Assembly (NCBI RefSeq): GCF_001997385.1
Contig: NZ_CP019633.1
Span: 420,001-452,000, forward strand
DNA: 32,000 bases
Direction of reading: 5' to 3'
Source of the DNA: Sedimentisphaera cyanobacteriorum
Lineage (GTDB): Bacteria; Planctomycetota; Phycisphaerae; Sedimentisphaerales; Sedimentisphaeraceae
Under the pieces are notes generated by a model that was given only the letters and a program-made list of their open reading frames with translations, made no database searches and was not told the origin of the DNA. Below, piece after piece: positions 8,002 to 17,033 of this stretch (within the stretch, counting starts at the first letter, position 1; each line of letters begins with the position of its first letter). The translations under genes and the position numbers were made by a program.

Positions 8002-9336
8002 ATGAAAAATCAATACACCGTTACACAAATAAATAATATGGTTAAGGTTGCGCTGGAATCAAGCCTTCCCGGGCATATGTCTGTAATTGGGGAGGTTAGC
8101 AATCTCAAGAGGCCTTCAAGCGGACATATCTATTTTTCTCTGAAAGACAAAAACAGCCAGCTTCCGTGTATTATGTGGAAATCCAGCGTTTCCAAACTCG
8201 GTTTTGAGCTTGAAAACGGGCTTTCTGTGATCTGTTCTGGTTATATAGACGTTTATTCGCCTTACGGAAAATACCAGTTTATTAGCCAAAGCATAAGCCC
8301 GGCGGGAGTCGGGAGCCTTCAGCTGAAATTCGAACAGCTCTGCAGAAAGCTCAGAGAGGAAGGCCTTTTCGAGCCGTCGCGCAAGAAAGCTCTTCCGAAA
8401 TACCCGTTCAATATTGCTGTTATCACAAGCTCAAGCGGTGCTGCTGTGAAGGATATCTCAGAGAGCATACATTCCCGTTTCCCTTGTGCAAAGCTGTATC
8501 TGTATTCCGTGCCGGTGCAGGGCAAGGGGGCGGAAAAGCAGATTGCAGCTGCTCTTGGCCGGGTAAACGTTTTGAAAGAGAAATACTCGCTCGACCTTAT
8601 TATCCTCGGCAGGGGCGGCGGGAGCCTTGAGGATTTATGGTGCTTTAATGAGGAGGCTGTGGCCAGGGCTGTTGCTTCTTCAGAGCTGCCCGTTATAAGT
8701 GCTGTAGGCCATGAGGTCGACACAACTGTAAGTGATTTGGCTGCAGATGCTGTTGCTTCAACGCCAACAAAGGCCGGCTTTATAGCTGTGCCGGATAAAT
8801 CTGAGCTGGAAGCTAAGTTTGATGAGCTGGAAAACAGGCTCAAGCAGGACCTCCGCAAAAGGGCAGCCCTTGCCTGCCAGCAGCTGGAAACTGTTCAGGC
8901 CTCCGCAGTTTTCAAAAACCCCAGATACGCAATCAATTATAAATCCCAGCAGCTCGATGAGCTCAGCGGGAAGCTCAAACAGGCCTTGTCGCAAATGCTT
9001 CTAACGAGAAAAGGCGAATTGGCAAGCTTGCAGAATCAGCTTGCCGGCAGCTCTCTTTACAATCTTATGAAAGACGCCCAGAGCAGAATAGAAAAAAATC
9101 AGAACCATTTGGAGCGAGCTTTTTCTAACCGGCTCAACAGCTCTGTTAATCAGCTTGATAAGCTTGAGAGCAAGCTTTCTGCGCTGAATCCCCGCTCTGT
9201 GCTCGAACGAGGCTTTACCCTTACAAAAACTCTCGAAGATAACAATATAGTAAAACAGCCTGACGATTTGAATAAGGGCCAGAGGCTTATTACCGAATTC
9301 GCAGGGAGGAAAACGGTAGAAAGTGTTGTTGATTAG
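8002..9336 (+). CDS. xseA: Exodeoxyribonuclease VII large subunit
   Basis: It has an N-terminal OB fold (YTVTQINNMVKVALES...VIGEVSNLKRPSSGHIYFSLKD). The catalytic core shows AVITSSSGAAVKD, GRGGGSLEDLW and ISAVGHEVDTTVSD. A C-terminal coiled coil follows. Confidence 0.9.
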   Translation: MKNQYTVTQINNMVKVALESSLPGHMSVIGEVSNLKRPSSGHIYFSLKDKNSQLPCIMWKSSVSKLGFELENGLSVICSGYIDVYSPYGKYQFISQSISPAGVGSLQLKFEQLCRKLREEGLFEPSRKKALPKYPFNIAVITSSSGAAVKDISESIHSRFPCAKLYLYSVPVQGKGAEKQIAAALGRVNVLKEKYSLDLIILGRGGGSLEDLWCFNEEAVARAVASSELPVISAVGHEVDTTVSDLAADAVASTPTKAGFIAVPDKSELEAKFDELENRLKQDLRKRAALACQQLETVQASAVFKNPRYAINYKSQQLDELSGKLKQALSQMLLTRKGELASLQNQLAGSSLYNLMKDAQSRIEKNQNHLERAFSNRLNSSVNQLDKLESKLSALNPRSVLERGFTLTKTLEDNNIVKQPDDLNKGQRLITEFAGRKTVESVVD

Positions 9337-9344
9337 GGCTTATT

Positions 9345-10466
9345 ATGCTTGATTTAAAAAGTCTTTACGTGCACATACCTTTCTGCGATTACAAATGCGG
9401 CTGCTGCGGGTTTTATTCAATCCCGGAAACAGCAGAGAGCCTCCACCGAGACTACCTGAGCGCTTTGCAAAATGAGCTCAAAAGCTTTGATATTGATGAA
9501 GATTCGCTCGAGACAATCTACATCGGAGGCGGGAGCCCTTCAATTCTTTCCGAAGAGAACCTCGAGCATCTGCTGGGTATTTTTACTGAGAAATTCTCGC
9601 CCATTGAGTTTACAATTGAAATGAATCCCCGCCAGCTCACAAGAGACAAGCTTATTACAGCGGAGCTTTTCGGTGTGAACAGGCTTTCTATAGGCGTGCA
9701 GAGCTTTTCTGAGAAATCGCTTGAGGTTTTGGGCAGGAAAGGCTCACGCAGAGAGATTTTGAATGCCCTTGATGCAGCCTGCGATTCTCCAATAGAGAAT
9801 CTCAATATAGATTTGATTTTCGGCCTGCCTAACCAAACTCTCGAAGATCTCGAAAAAGATTTGGATATTGCCCTGAGTTTTGAGCCCGGCCATATTTCCG
9901 CATACAGCCTCGTCGTGGAGCAGAATACGCCCCTCGGCAAGTCTGTAGAAAGCGGGAGGCTAAAACTCCCAGGCCAGCAGCTCGATAGAAAAATGTATGA
10001 GCATTTGATTTGCCGGCTCGAAGAAGAGGGGCTTTATCAGTACGAGATCTCAAATTTTGCCCTGCCTGATTTTGAATGCCTGCACAACTGGAACTGCTGG
10101 CGTTCTGAGCAGTATATTGGGCTCGGGGCATCCGCAGGAAGCTTCTATAACGGCAGAAGATTTACCAATCCCGCTGATGTTAGAGGCTATATCGCTGCAG
10201 AGAGGAATCCAAAAAGAGAGTCTGCAGCTCTAACAGAAAAAGATTATGCATGGCAGACAGCGGTCTTGATGCTCAGAACAAACAGGGGGGTCTGCGCCGC
10301 TGAATTCAGCGATAAAACAGGCTTTGATTTCGAAGTGCTTTTCTCGGCTGAGATAGAAAAGAACATAAATGCAGGCTTGCTTGAAAAAACTGTTTCAGGC
10401 TGCCGGCTCACTCCGGAAGGTTTTTCTGTGGCCGATTCTGTCAGCAGAGAATTTGTTCTGGATTAG
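9345..10466 (+). CDS. hemW: HemW/HemN-like radical SAM protein (heme chaperone / oxygen-independent coproporphyrinogen oxidase-like)
   Basis: The sequence shows LYVHIPFCDYKCGCCGF (C-x3-C-x2-C), IYIGGGSPS, EMNP, NRLSIGVQSF, NIDLIFGLPNQT and HISAYSL. No SPASM-type extra Cys clusters are present. Confidence 0.85.
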   Translation: MLDLKSLYVHIPFCDYKCGCCGFYSIPETAESLHRDYLSALQNELKSFDIDEDSLETIYIGGGSPSILSEENLEHLLGIFTEKFSPIEFTIEMNPRQLTRDKLITAELFGVNRLSIGVQSFSEKSLEVLGRKGSRREILNALDAACDSPIENLNIDLIFGLPNQTLEDLEKDLDIALSFEPGHISAYSLVVEQNTPLGKSVESGRLKLPGQQLDRKMYEHLICRLEEEGLYQYEISNFALPDFECLHNWNCWRSEQYIGLGASAGSFYNGRRFTNPADVRGYIAAERNPKRESAALTEKDYAWQTAVLMLRTNRGVCAAEFSDKTGFDFEVLFSAEIEKNINAGLLEKTVSGCRLTPEGFSVADSVSREFVLD

Positions 10467-10508
10467 CTTTTATAGATTGAACAGTTAGTATTTTGAGATA
10501 AATAAATT

Positions 10509-11921
10509 ATGAAGGGTTATTTTATGACAGAAAAAATTCAAAGACGAAGCTTCCTTAAGGCTTCAGGCGCACTGCTGGCGGGGAGTTTGTTTCCCGCTTA
10601 TTCTTCCGCGGGTGTTTCGAAGAAAATGAAAAAGCCAAACATTCTCTACATCCTTGTAGATGATATGGGCTGGTCGGATGTTGGTTATCACGACAGCCAG
10701 CTTCAGTCGCCGAATATCGACAGATTAGTCAAATCCGGCGCCGAGATGGACTGCTTCTACGTTCAGCCTCAATGCACGCCCACAAGAGTTGCCCTCATGA
10801 CAGGCAAGTACCCCTCTCGTTTCGGAAACCACTGCATCCAGGCATCCAACAAGCAGGCATACCCTAAAGGCACTCAAACGATGGCATCAATGCTCAAAAA
10901 GCAGGGCTATGATACTGCCGTAATGGGCAAGTGGCATATGGGCTCTAAGCCTGAATGGGGGCCGAATCACCACGGCTTCGATTACAGCTACGGCTCGCTC
11001 TCAGGCGCTATAGGTATGTACGACCACAGATACCGTCTTGATTCTGAATACGTTAAGACATGGCATCGAAACAGCGAGTTTGCTGAGGAAGAGGTCGGGC
11101 ATGTAACTGATCTGGTAACCCGGGAAGCTGTAAACTGGCTGAAGGAAGATAAACGAAAAGAAAACCCGTTCTTCCTGTATATGGCGTATCACAGCGTTCA
11201 TATTCCTCTGGTTGAGAATCACAGAACCGTGGCCAAATTTGATTATATAAAGGATCCCGACAGAAGGCTTATGGCGGCTGCTGTGTATCACCTCGACCAG
11301 TGTGTTGGAAGGCTATTAGATACCCTCGAAGAGCTTGGTATTCGCGAGAACACTCTAATTGTTTTCAGTTCCGACAACGGCGGCCTCAAAGACGGCAGCA
11401 GAAAGCCGCCCTTGGGAGAGCCCGAACATTATCCACAGCCAAACCCGCAGCTCGGTAAGGATTTCAGTATGAACGACCCACTGAGGGGAGGCAAATGCAC
11501 TGCCTTCGAGGGCGGTATAAGAGTGCCGGCATGCGTGAACTGGAAGGGCGTTATAAAGCCTCAAAAAATGACTCAGAGGATGCACATTGTTGATTGGATG
11601 CCAACAATCGCTCATCTAACGGGCTGCAGAACTGACCCAGAATGGGACGGTAAAGATATGTGGAAACATATCACCGGAAAGGCAGAGAAAAACGAGAGCA
11701 GAGATGTCTATATTGTATGGCATTCAGGCCGAACTTGGGAGGCTTTAATCTCAGGAGACTGGAAAATCGTTCGTAACGGCCAGAATTCAAAATGGCAGCT
11801 TTATGACCTTTCAAACGACCCGTATGAAACGGTAAACCTTGCCGATACGAATAAGAAAAAGTTTTCAGAACTCGTGCAGATTTATAAAAAAGAGCGAAGC
11901 AAAGACGCAAAAGGCGTATAG
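10509..11921 (+). CDS. S1-family sulfatase, exported, 470 aa
   Basis: It has an RR signal (IQRRSFLKASGALLAG), ILVDDMGWSD, the FGly motif CTPTRVALMTG, GKWHMG, SSDNGG and LYDLSNDPYE. An alternative ATG start lies at 10524. Confidence 0.9.
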   Translation: MKGYFMTEKIQRRSFLKASGALLAGSLFPAYSSAGVSKKMKKPNILYILVDDMGWSDVGYHDSQLQSPNIDRLVKSGAEMDCFYVQPQCTPTRVALMTGKYPSRFGNHCIQASNKQAYPKGTQTMASMLKKQGYDTAVMGKWHMGSKPEWGPNHHGFDYSYGSLSGAIGMYDHRYRLDSEYVKTWHRNSEFAEEEVGHVTDLVTREAVNWLKEDKRKENPFFLYMAYHSVHIPLVENHRTVAKFDYIKDPDRRLMAAAVYHLDQCVGRLLDTLEELGIRENTLIVFSSDNGGLKDGSRKPPLGEPEHYPQPNPQLGKDFSMNDPLRGGKCTAFEGGIRVPACVNWKGVIKPQKMTQRMHIVDWMPTIAHLTGCRTDPEWDGKDMWKHITGKAEKNESRDVYIVWHSGRTWEALISGDWKIVRNGQNSKWQLYDLSNDPYETVNLADTNKKKFSELVQIYKKERSKDAKGV

Positions 11922-11946
11922 GCAGAAGATTTAATCCATATTGTAG

Positions 11947-11982
11947 AAGAGCTCGTTTTATTTGCGGGCTCTTTTTGGTTTT
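11947..11982 (+). terminator. Rho-independent terminator after sulfatase 2
   Basis: AAGAGCTCG (11947-11955) pairs with CGGGCTCTT (11965-11973), giving 9 bp with one G-U pair and a 9-nt loop. A T-rich tail TTTGGTTTT follows. Confidence 0.55.
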
Positions 11983-12015
11983 AAAAAATATAAGCCAGAC
12001 CAAAAGGTCTGGCTT
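11983..12015 (-). terminator. Hairpin terminator oriented for minus-strand transcripts (symporter operon)
   Basis: A perfect 10-bp stem AAGCCAGACC/GGTCTGGCTT has an AAAA loop. The minus strand continues ATATTTTTT. It lies about 160 nt past the symporter stop, so the assignment is tentative. Confidence 0.45.
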
Positions 12016-12172
12016 AACGGTAAATATGGTTAGAATTAGAGGGGTTATGTTTTTAGTCTTTATATCCGGCAAAAGCCTGCCGGCGTTTTGCTTTCTTATG
12101 CTTTAATTTAACGTTTCTTGCCTTTAATGTCAAACCATACTTTTCAGGTTTTTGCGGAATTCAGTTTTTTTT

Positions 12173-13705
12173 TTACCTGAATATGACAATAAAAGCAATC
12201 ACAGCAGCTATTACAAGAATCCCGTAAATCTTAACATCTGGTTTGGTTTCAAGGTCTATATCTTCCCTCACAGGCAGCTTTCTCGGCGTTTCCAGAGGAC
12301 GCAGGAATGTCATAAGCCCCATAATGCATATAACAAGATTAAAGCTTATTGCCACATCCACCAAAAAGTGCTGAGTTTTCGCAAACATCTGGAATATTGC
12401 ATAGAATATCGGGCCTGATAACAGAGCCACAACGCCTGAAGCAGCCGGTGCCTGAGGTACGAGCATACCGAAAAGGAACGCTGCCACTACGCCGGGCCAG
12501 ATATACCCCTGAAACTGCTGTATATACTGGAAAACCCCGCCGAACTTTGGATTATCAAGCATCGGGGCAAGCAGACAGCCTACTATCACGAAAATCATCG
12601 TCATCGATCTGCCAAGAAGCAAAAGACCTTTCTGTCCGGCCTTACCGCCGAACATCCTTTTATAAACATCCATCGTGAAAATTGTTGAAGCGGAGTTCAG
12701 CATTGAACCCAGAGAGCTTATAACAGCTCCGGATATCGCTGCGAACATAAAACCTCTCAGCCCTGCTGGAACGAGATTGCGAATCAGTATCGGGAAGGCC
12801 TCGTCCGGAGTGCTCATCTGATCGCCGTAGAGCTGGTTAGACATTATCCCGGGAATCACAATCGCAAACGGAACAATCAGCCATAACGCACCCGCGAAGA
12901 TCACGCCGAGCTGCCCGTCCCTAAGGGTTTTTGCTGCAAGGTTTCTCTGCACTATAAACTGATTGAGGCCAGTATAGTAAATCAGAACAATCCACATACC
13001 GGAGGCAAGCCCTGTCCACGGGAGTTTCTCATGGTCTTCAGGGAGTATCATATGCAGCTTGTCTTCGTTTACTTCTGAAAACTGCTCCCAGCCTCCGCAG
13101 GCATGCAGACCGAGGAAGAAGATTACCAGTCCGCCTACAATCAGAGCACCTCCCTGAAAAAGGTCTGCCCAGGCAACCGCCTTCAGCCCGCCCCAGACAG
13201 TATAGCCTGCGGCGAGAAGGCCGATAAGCCATACGCCGTATTCGAGCTTGAGCCCGAAGATTGTACGCAGAGTAATACCGCCGGAATAAAGCACTGCCGT
13301 GAGAAGCACTGCCACATAAACTACCACAGTTAGAAGAGCCATTATCCCTCTTGCTGCGGAGTTGTAGCGGTATTCGAGGTATTCAGGCATTGTGTATATG
13401 CCTGCCTTGAGGAATCGAGGTATCAGTGTAAACGCTATCACTACAATACCTATACTGCCCAGAAGCTGCCAGTTTGAAACAGCCAGACCCACATCTCCGG
13501 CGCCCTGGCCTGCCATGCCTACAAACTGCTCTGTGGATATATTGGCTGCCACAATTGACACACCAATCAGCCACCATTTCAGTCCTCTGCCTGCGAGGAA
13601 ATAATCCTCACTGCTCGTTTCTTTACGGCTCTTGAATAGGCTTACGCCTATTACAACAGCAAAAAACGCTACGAATACGAATACGTCAAAAAAGCTTAGT
13701 TCCAT
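12173..13705 (-). CDS. Sodium:solute symporter, SGLT-like (SSS family), 510 aa
   Basis: It is polytopic. The stretch DYFLAGRGLKWWLIGVSIVAANISTEQFVGMAGQG...GIYTMPEYLEYRY closely follows the vSGLT/SGLT signature. Confidence 0.9.
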   Translation of the reverse strand: MELSFFDVFVFVAFFAVVIGVSLFKSRKETSSEDYFLAGRGLKWWLIGVSIVAANISTEQFVGMAGQGAGDVGLAVSNWQLLGSIGIVVIAFTLIPRFLKAGIYTMPEYLEYRYNSAARGIMALLTVVVYVAVLLTAVLYSGGITLRTIFGLKLEYGVWLIGLLAAGYTVWGGLKAVAWADLFQGGALIVGGLVIFFLGLHACGGWEQFSEVNEDKLHMILPEDHEKLPWTGLASGMWIVLIYYTGLNQFIVQRNLAAKTLRDGQLGVIFAGALWLIVPFAIVIPGIMSNQLYGDQMSTPDEAFPILIRNLVPAGLRGFMFAAISGAVISSLGSMLNSASTIFTMDVYKRMFGGKAGQKGLLLLGRSMTMIFVIVGCLLAPMLDNPKFGGVFQYIQQFQGYIWPGVVAAFLFGMLVPQAPAASGVVALLSGPIFYAIFQMFAKTQHFLVDVAISFNLVICIMGLMTFLRPLETPRKLPVREDIDLETKPDVKIYGILVIAAVIAFIVIFR

Positions 13706-13740
13706 TTCAACACCTTAAAAATGCTGTTATCAAATTTATT

Positions 13741-15015
13741 CTATATTGTTTTCACTCCGCGTGCATCGTCAACAGCATTTATCATTGATAGCAAATTCTC
13801 CAGAGGAACGTTGCTCTGAATATTGTGTATGCTGTTGAAAACGTATCCTCCGCCCTCGTTGAATATGTCAATTCTCTCGCGAACTTCTTTGTACACCTCT
13901 TCCGGCGTCCCGAAGGGAAGGGTTTTCTGCGTGTCAACGCCGCCGCCCCAGAATACAAGGTCATCGCCGAATTCATCTTTGAGCATCTGAGGGTCCATGT
14001 TCTCAGCAGAGCACTGAACCGGATTTAATACATCAAAGCCCGCATCTATCATATCCGGAATCAGCGGGGCGATAGAGCCGCAGCAATGCATAAATACCTT
14101 CCAGTTTGTGAGTTTGTGGATCTTATCGTTAATTGCCTTCTGGAACGGCTTATACATCTCTCTGTATGTTTCCGGAGAAATTAAAGGCCCGCGCTGAGCG
14201 CCGAAATCTGTTCCAGTTACAAAAACAACCTGAGGCATATCCCCGAGTGAATCAGCTAAAAGCTCGATATTCTCAAGAGCAACCTCGCACTGCTTCTCGA
14301 AAACCTTCATTATATAATCCTTCCGGATAGCAGTGGATATATACCACTCCTCAACGCCCCTGATTCCCTTGGGGTCCTTCAAAAACGGCCCGGGCACAAG
14401 AGCTATATCTCCGAAAGCCATTGCAGGCAGAGTAACGTAGATGCCGAATTCAGTGTTGTTGTAGTACCAGCTTACCTTTTCCTTGAAGTGGTTCAGCTCC
14501 TTTTCGCTGAGAACGCCGAATTCCTCGCAGTTGTCAAGATAATTGAGCTTATCTTCCTCAACAGGTTTCTGACGGTCTATCGAATCAAAGAAATAACTGG
14601 TAGAAGGCATTATCGCAGAAGGCTGCGCAGACTTGTCTCCCTGAGGGTAAACATAAACATCGCCGCTTTCGCTGACAGTATAGTTGAAATCTTCAGGCAC
14701 AAGGCACTCTGTTCCGTCAACCGGCATCTTGAATTTCTTGTACCTTCCCGTTTCCAAGCCAAACATATCATACAGCGGATAAATACCCGCAACGTCCAGC
14801 TGAAGCTTTCTCTTCAGCTCATCGTCAACCTCGCCGAGCATCTGGAATGTCTCGCAGATTTTGCAGGTGTAGTCTTTATCCCCTGTTACTGTTTTTCTCA
14901 GCTTGTCCAGAACGCATACACCTATACCGGTCTGCCCGCCTGCTCCGATATCAACGCACAGTCTGTCAGGCTGCTTGTGTTCTAAAACCGTTTGAAGTCT
15001 TTCTCTTGAATTCAT
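13741..15015 (-). CDS. Uroporphyrinogen-decarboxylase (URO-D/MtaA) superfamily protein of unknown function, 424 aa
   Basis: The N-terminus RERLQTVLEHKQPDRLCVD resembles the start of URO-D family proteins. The C-terminal half FMHCCGS...DAGFDVLNPVQ...LKDEFGDDLVFWGGGVD...GTPEEVYKEVRERI...GGGYVFNSIHNIQSNVPLENL parallels the HemE/MtaA TIM-barrel C-terminus. It lies 35 nt upstream of the symporter gene. Confidence 0.8.
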   Translation of the reverse strand: MNSRERLQTVLEHKQPDRLCVDIGAGGQTGIGVCVLDKLRKTVTGDKDYTCKICETFQMLGEVDDELKRKLQLDVAGIYPLYDMFGLETGRYKKFKMPVDGTECLVPEDFNYTVSESGDVYVYPQGDKSAQPSAIMPSTSYFFDSIDRQKPVEEDKLNYLDNCEEFGVLSEKELNHFKEKVSWYYNNTEFGIYVTLPAMAFGDIALVPGPFLKDPKGIRGVEEWYISTAIRKDYIMKVFEKQCEVALENIELLADSLGDMPQVVFVTGTDFGAQRGPLISPETYREMYKPFQKAINDKIHKLTNWKVFMHCCGSIAPLIPDMIDAGFDVLNPVQCSAENMDPQMLKDEFGDDLVFWGGGVDTQKTLPFGTPEEVYKEVRERIDIFNEGGGYVFNSIHNIQSNVPLENLLSMINAVDDARGVKTI

Positions 15016-15246
15016 TTTTTAATCCTGTCCTTAAGTTGAGCAATAATTTATTAATCACATAAACGTATATTAGAACAGAAATCAATAATTATTTAACTCA
15101 ATATTGTATAATAATACCGCAAATTTGGGCAAAAATTTAGATTGATGCAGTTAATTTCATCAGTATTTTAAATTTTGTGGTAAATTTTCACTGTTTGAAT
15201 ACATTATTAAATAGAAAAGGTCTTATTGTTTAACTGGGAGATAAAA

Positions 15247-16782
15247 ATGAAATATTCAAGAAGAAATTTTCTCAAAGCTGCTGGAGTTATGTCTGCAGGG
15301 CTTGCATTTGGAGAGAATGTTCTCGCTGATGAAAAAAAGAAGCCTAATGTTGTAATTATATACACAGACGACCTCGGCTACGGCGATGTAAGCTGCTACG
15401 GCGCAACAGAAATCGAAACACCTAATATCGACAGATTGGCCAAGGAAGGCCTGCGCTTTACAAACACGCACACCGCCTCTGCCACCTGCACCCCTTCAAG
15501 ATATGCCCTGCTGACAGGTGAGTATCCTTGGAGAAGGGAAGATACCGGTATTGCAGCAGGCGATGCGAATATGATTATAGAAGCCGGCAGACACACTTGG
15601 CCGGAATCAATGCGCAGAGCCGGCTACAAAACAGCTGTTGTAGGCAAATGGCACTTGGGGCTGGGCGATTCAAAGATAGACTGGAACAAAAAGATAGCAC
15701 CAGGGCCGCTTGAAATAGGCTTTGATTACAGCTTTATAATCCCCGCAACTGGTGACAGAGTTCCCTGCGTTTATGTGGAAAATCACGAAGTTGCAAACCT
15801 TGATGAAGACGACCCACTCTATGTGAGCTTCAAAAAGCCGTTCAAAGGCCTGCCTACGGGCAAAAAGAACCCCGAGCTTCTCAATATGAAGCACTCCCAC
15901 GGCCACAACAACGCAATTATAAACGGCGTAGGCAGGATTGGCTATATGAAGGGCGGGGCAAGCGCTGTATGGAACGACAGGACAATGGCCGCAAAGCTGG
16001 TTGACAAGGCCTGCGATTTTATGTACGAAAATAAAAACAATCCTTTCTTCCTCTATTTCTGCACCCATGATGTGCATGTTCCGCGCCTTCCAAACGAGGA
16101 GTTCCGAGGCAAGAGCGGGATGGGGCCGCGAGGCGATGCTATCCTCCAGCTCGACTGGACAGTAGGAATGCTTCTCGAGGAGCTTGAAGAGATGGGGCTC
16201 AAGGACGATACTGTCGTTATGTTCTCCAGCGATAACGGGCCTGTGCTCGATGACGGCTATCAGGATAAGGCAGTGGAAAAGCTCGGAGACCACGAACCTT
16301 GGGGGCCTTACCGCGGCGCAAAATACAGCAGATATCAGGCAGGGACGCTCGTTCCGTTTATACTGAGATGGCCGGGTGAGGTGCCTGCGGGCAAAACCTC
16401 TGATGCCCTCATATCCCAGACAGACCTTTTCGCTTCATTTGCAGCGATGAATAATCAGAAAATGCCGAAGACCGCTCCGGACAGCAAGAATGTTCTGCCT
16501 GCTCTTCTCGGCAAGACTGAAAATGCAAGGAAATATCTTGCAATTGATGCTATCGGAGGGCTGGCTGTCGTTGGCGGAAGATGGAAGTTTATGCCGGCAA
16601 ATGATGAGCCCAAAACCGCTTGGCAGACAGGCATAGATACCGGCGCAAGAAGAAAGCCCCAGCTCTATGATTTGAAAAACGATATGGCAGAGAAAAACAA
16701 CCTTGCTGATAAGATGCCCGGCGTGGTTGAAGACCTTTCTCAAAAGCTTGAAGAGATATTAAACGGCGCCGCTCCTGAATAG
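15247..16782 (+). CDS. S1-family sulfatase, exported, 511 aa
   Basis: The start is moved to the ATG at 15247 (GGGAG SD 6 nt upstream); the ORF track uses the TTG at 15226. It has an RR signal (YSRRNFLKAAGVMSAG), IYTDDLGYGDVSCYG, the FGly motif CTPSRYALLTG, GKWHLG, SSDNGP and LYDLKNDMAE. Confidence 0.9.
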   Translation: MKYSRRNFLKAAGVMSAGLAFGENVLADEKKKPNVVIIYTDDLGYGDVSCYGATEIETPNIDRLAKEGLRFTNTHTASATCTPSRYALLTGEYPWRREDTGIAAGDANMIIEAGRHTWPESMRRAGYKTAVVGKWHLGLGDSKIDWNKKIAPGPLEIGFDYSFIIPATGDRVPCVYVENHEVANLDEDDPLYVSFKKPFKGLPTGKKNPELLNMKHSHGHNNAIINGVGRIGYMKGGASAVWNDRTMAAKLVDKACDFMYENKNNPFFLYFCTHDVHVPRLPNEEFRGKSGMGPRGDAILQLDWTVGMLLEELEEMGLKDDTVVMFSSDNGPVLDDGYQDKAVEKLGDHEPWGPYRGAKYSRYQAGTLVPFILRWPGEVPAGKTSDALISQTDLFASFAAMNNQKMPKTAPDSKNVLPALLGKTENARKYLAIDAIGGLAVVGGRWKFMPANDEPKTAWQTGIDTGARRKPQLYDLKNDMAEKNNLADKMPGVVEDLSQKLEEILNGAAPE

Positions 16783-16812
16783 AGGAAAAACGGGAAATAA
16801 TTTTTGAAATCT

Positions 16813-16845
16813 ACGGGGCGAACCAGTACGGACGCCCCGTTTTTA
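16813..16845 (+). terminator. Rho-independent terminator after sulfatase 3
   Basis: ACGGGGCG (16813-16820) pairs with CGCCCCGT (16833-16840), with a 12-nt loop, followed by TTTTT. Confidence 0.6.
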
Positions 16846-16971
16846 CTGCCATAAAATAAAAAATCATTAGAGAAAAATTATTGCGGATTAGCGGCTCAAA
16901 AATCGGCTGCAAATTTCTCAGTCAGGTTCTAACAATTGGCTTCGGATAAGTCGTCGTTTTGATGTTTTGGC

Positions 16972-17000
16972 TTGTATTGCTTTTTTAATCGCTGTAAAAT
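16972..17000 (+). promoter_or_regulatory. Sigma70-like promoter for sulfatase 4 (TTGTAT-17-TAAAAT with TG extension)
   Basis: TTGTAT lies at 16972-16977 and TG-TAAAAT at 16993-17000. A GAAGGGG SD precedes the ATG at 17034. Confidence 0.3.
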
Positions 17001-17033
17001 ACCTGTTCAAATAATTTTGAAGGGGCTTGAAAT

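Noticed and set aside
9345-10466. The radical SAM gene might be the missing anaerobic sulfatase-maturating enzyme (anSME)
   Set aside because: The motif set (HIPFC-x3-C-x2-C, GGGSPS, NRLSIGVQSF, DLIFGLP, HISAYSL) is that of HemW/HemN-like proteins. No SPASM-type C-terminal Cys clusters are present.
11671-12072. 133-aa minus-strand ORF reaching into the convergent intergenic region
   Set aside because: It overlaps the 3' end of sulfatase 2 and runs straight through two terminator hairpins. It is basic and low-complexity with no SD.
12144-12181. 7-bp inverted repeat TTCAGGT...ACCTGAA overlapping the symporter stop codon
   Set aside because: It has a 24-nt loop and no U-run on the relevant strand, so it is unlikely to be a functional terminator. 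The perfect 10-bp hairpin at 11992-12015 is the better candidate.
15670-16293. 207-aa minus-strand ORF inside sulfatase 3. Similar antisense ORFs lie at 8319-8858, 14488-14985, 17076-17573, 26782-27207 and 29019-29402.
   Set aside because: All are antisense to genes with clear family signatures, and their sequences have no recognisable domains. They are frame-complement artefacts of codon bias.
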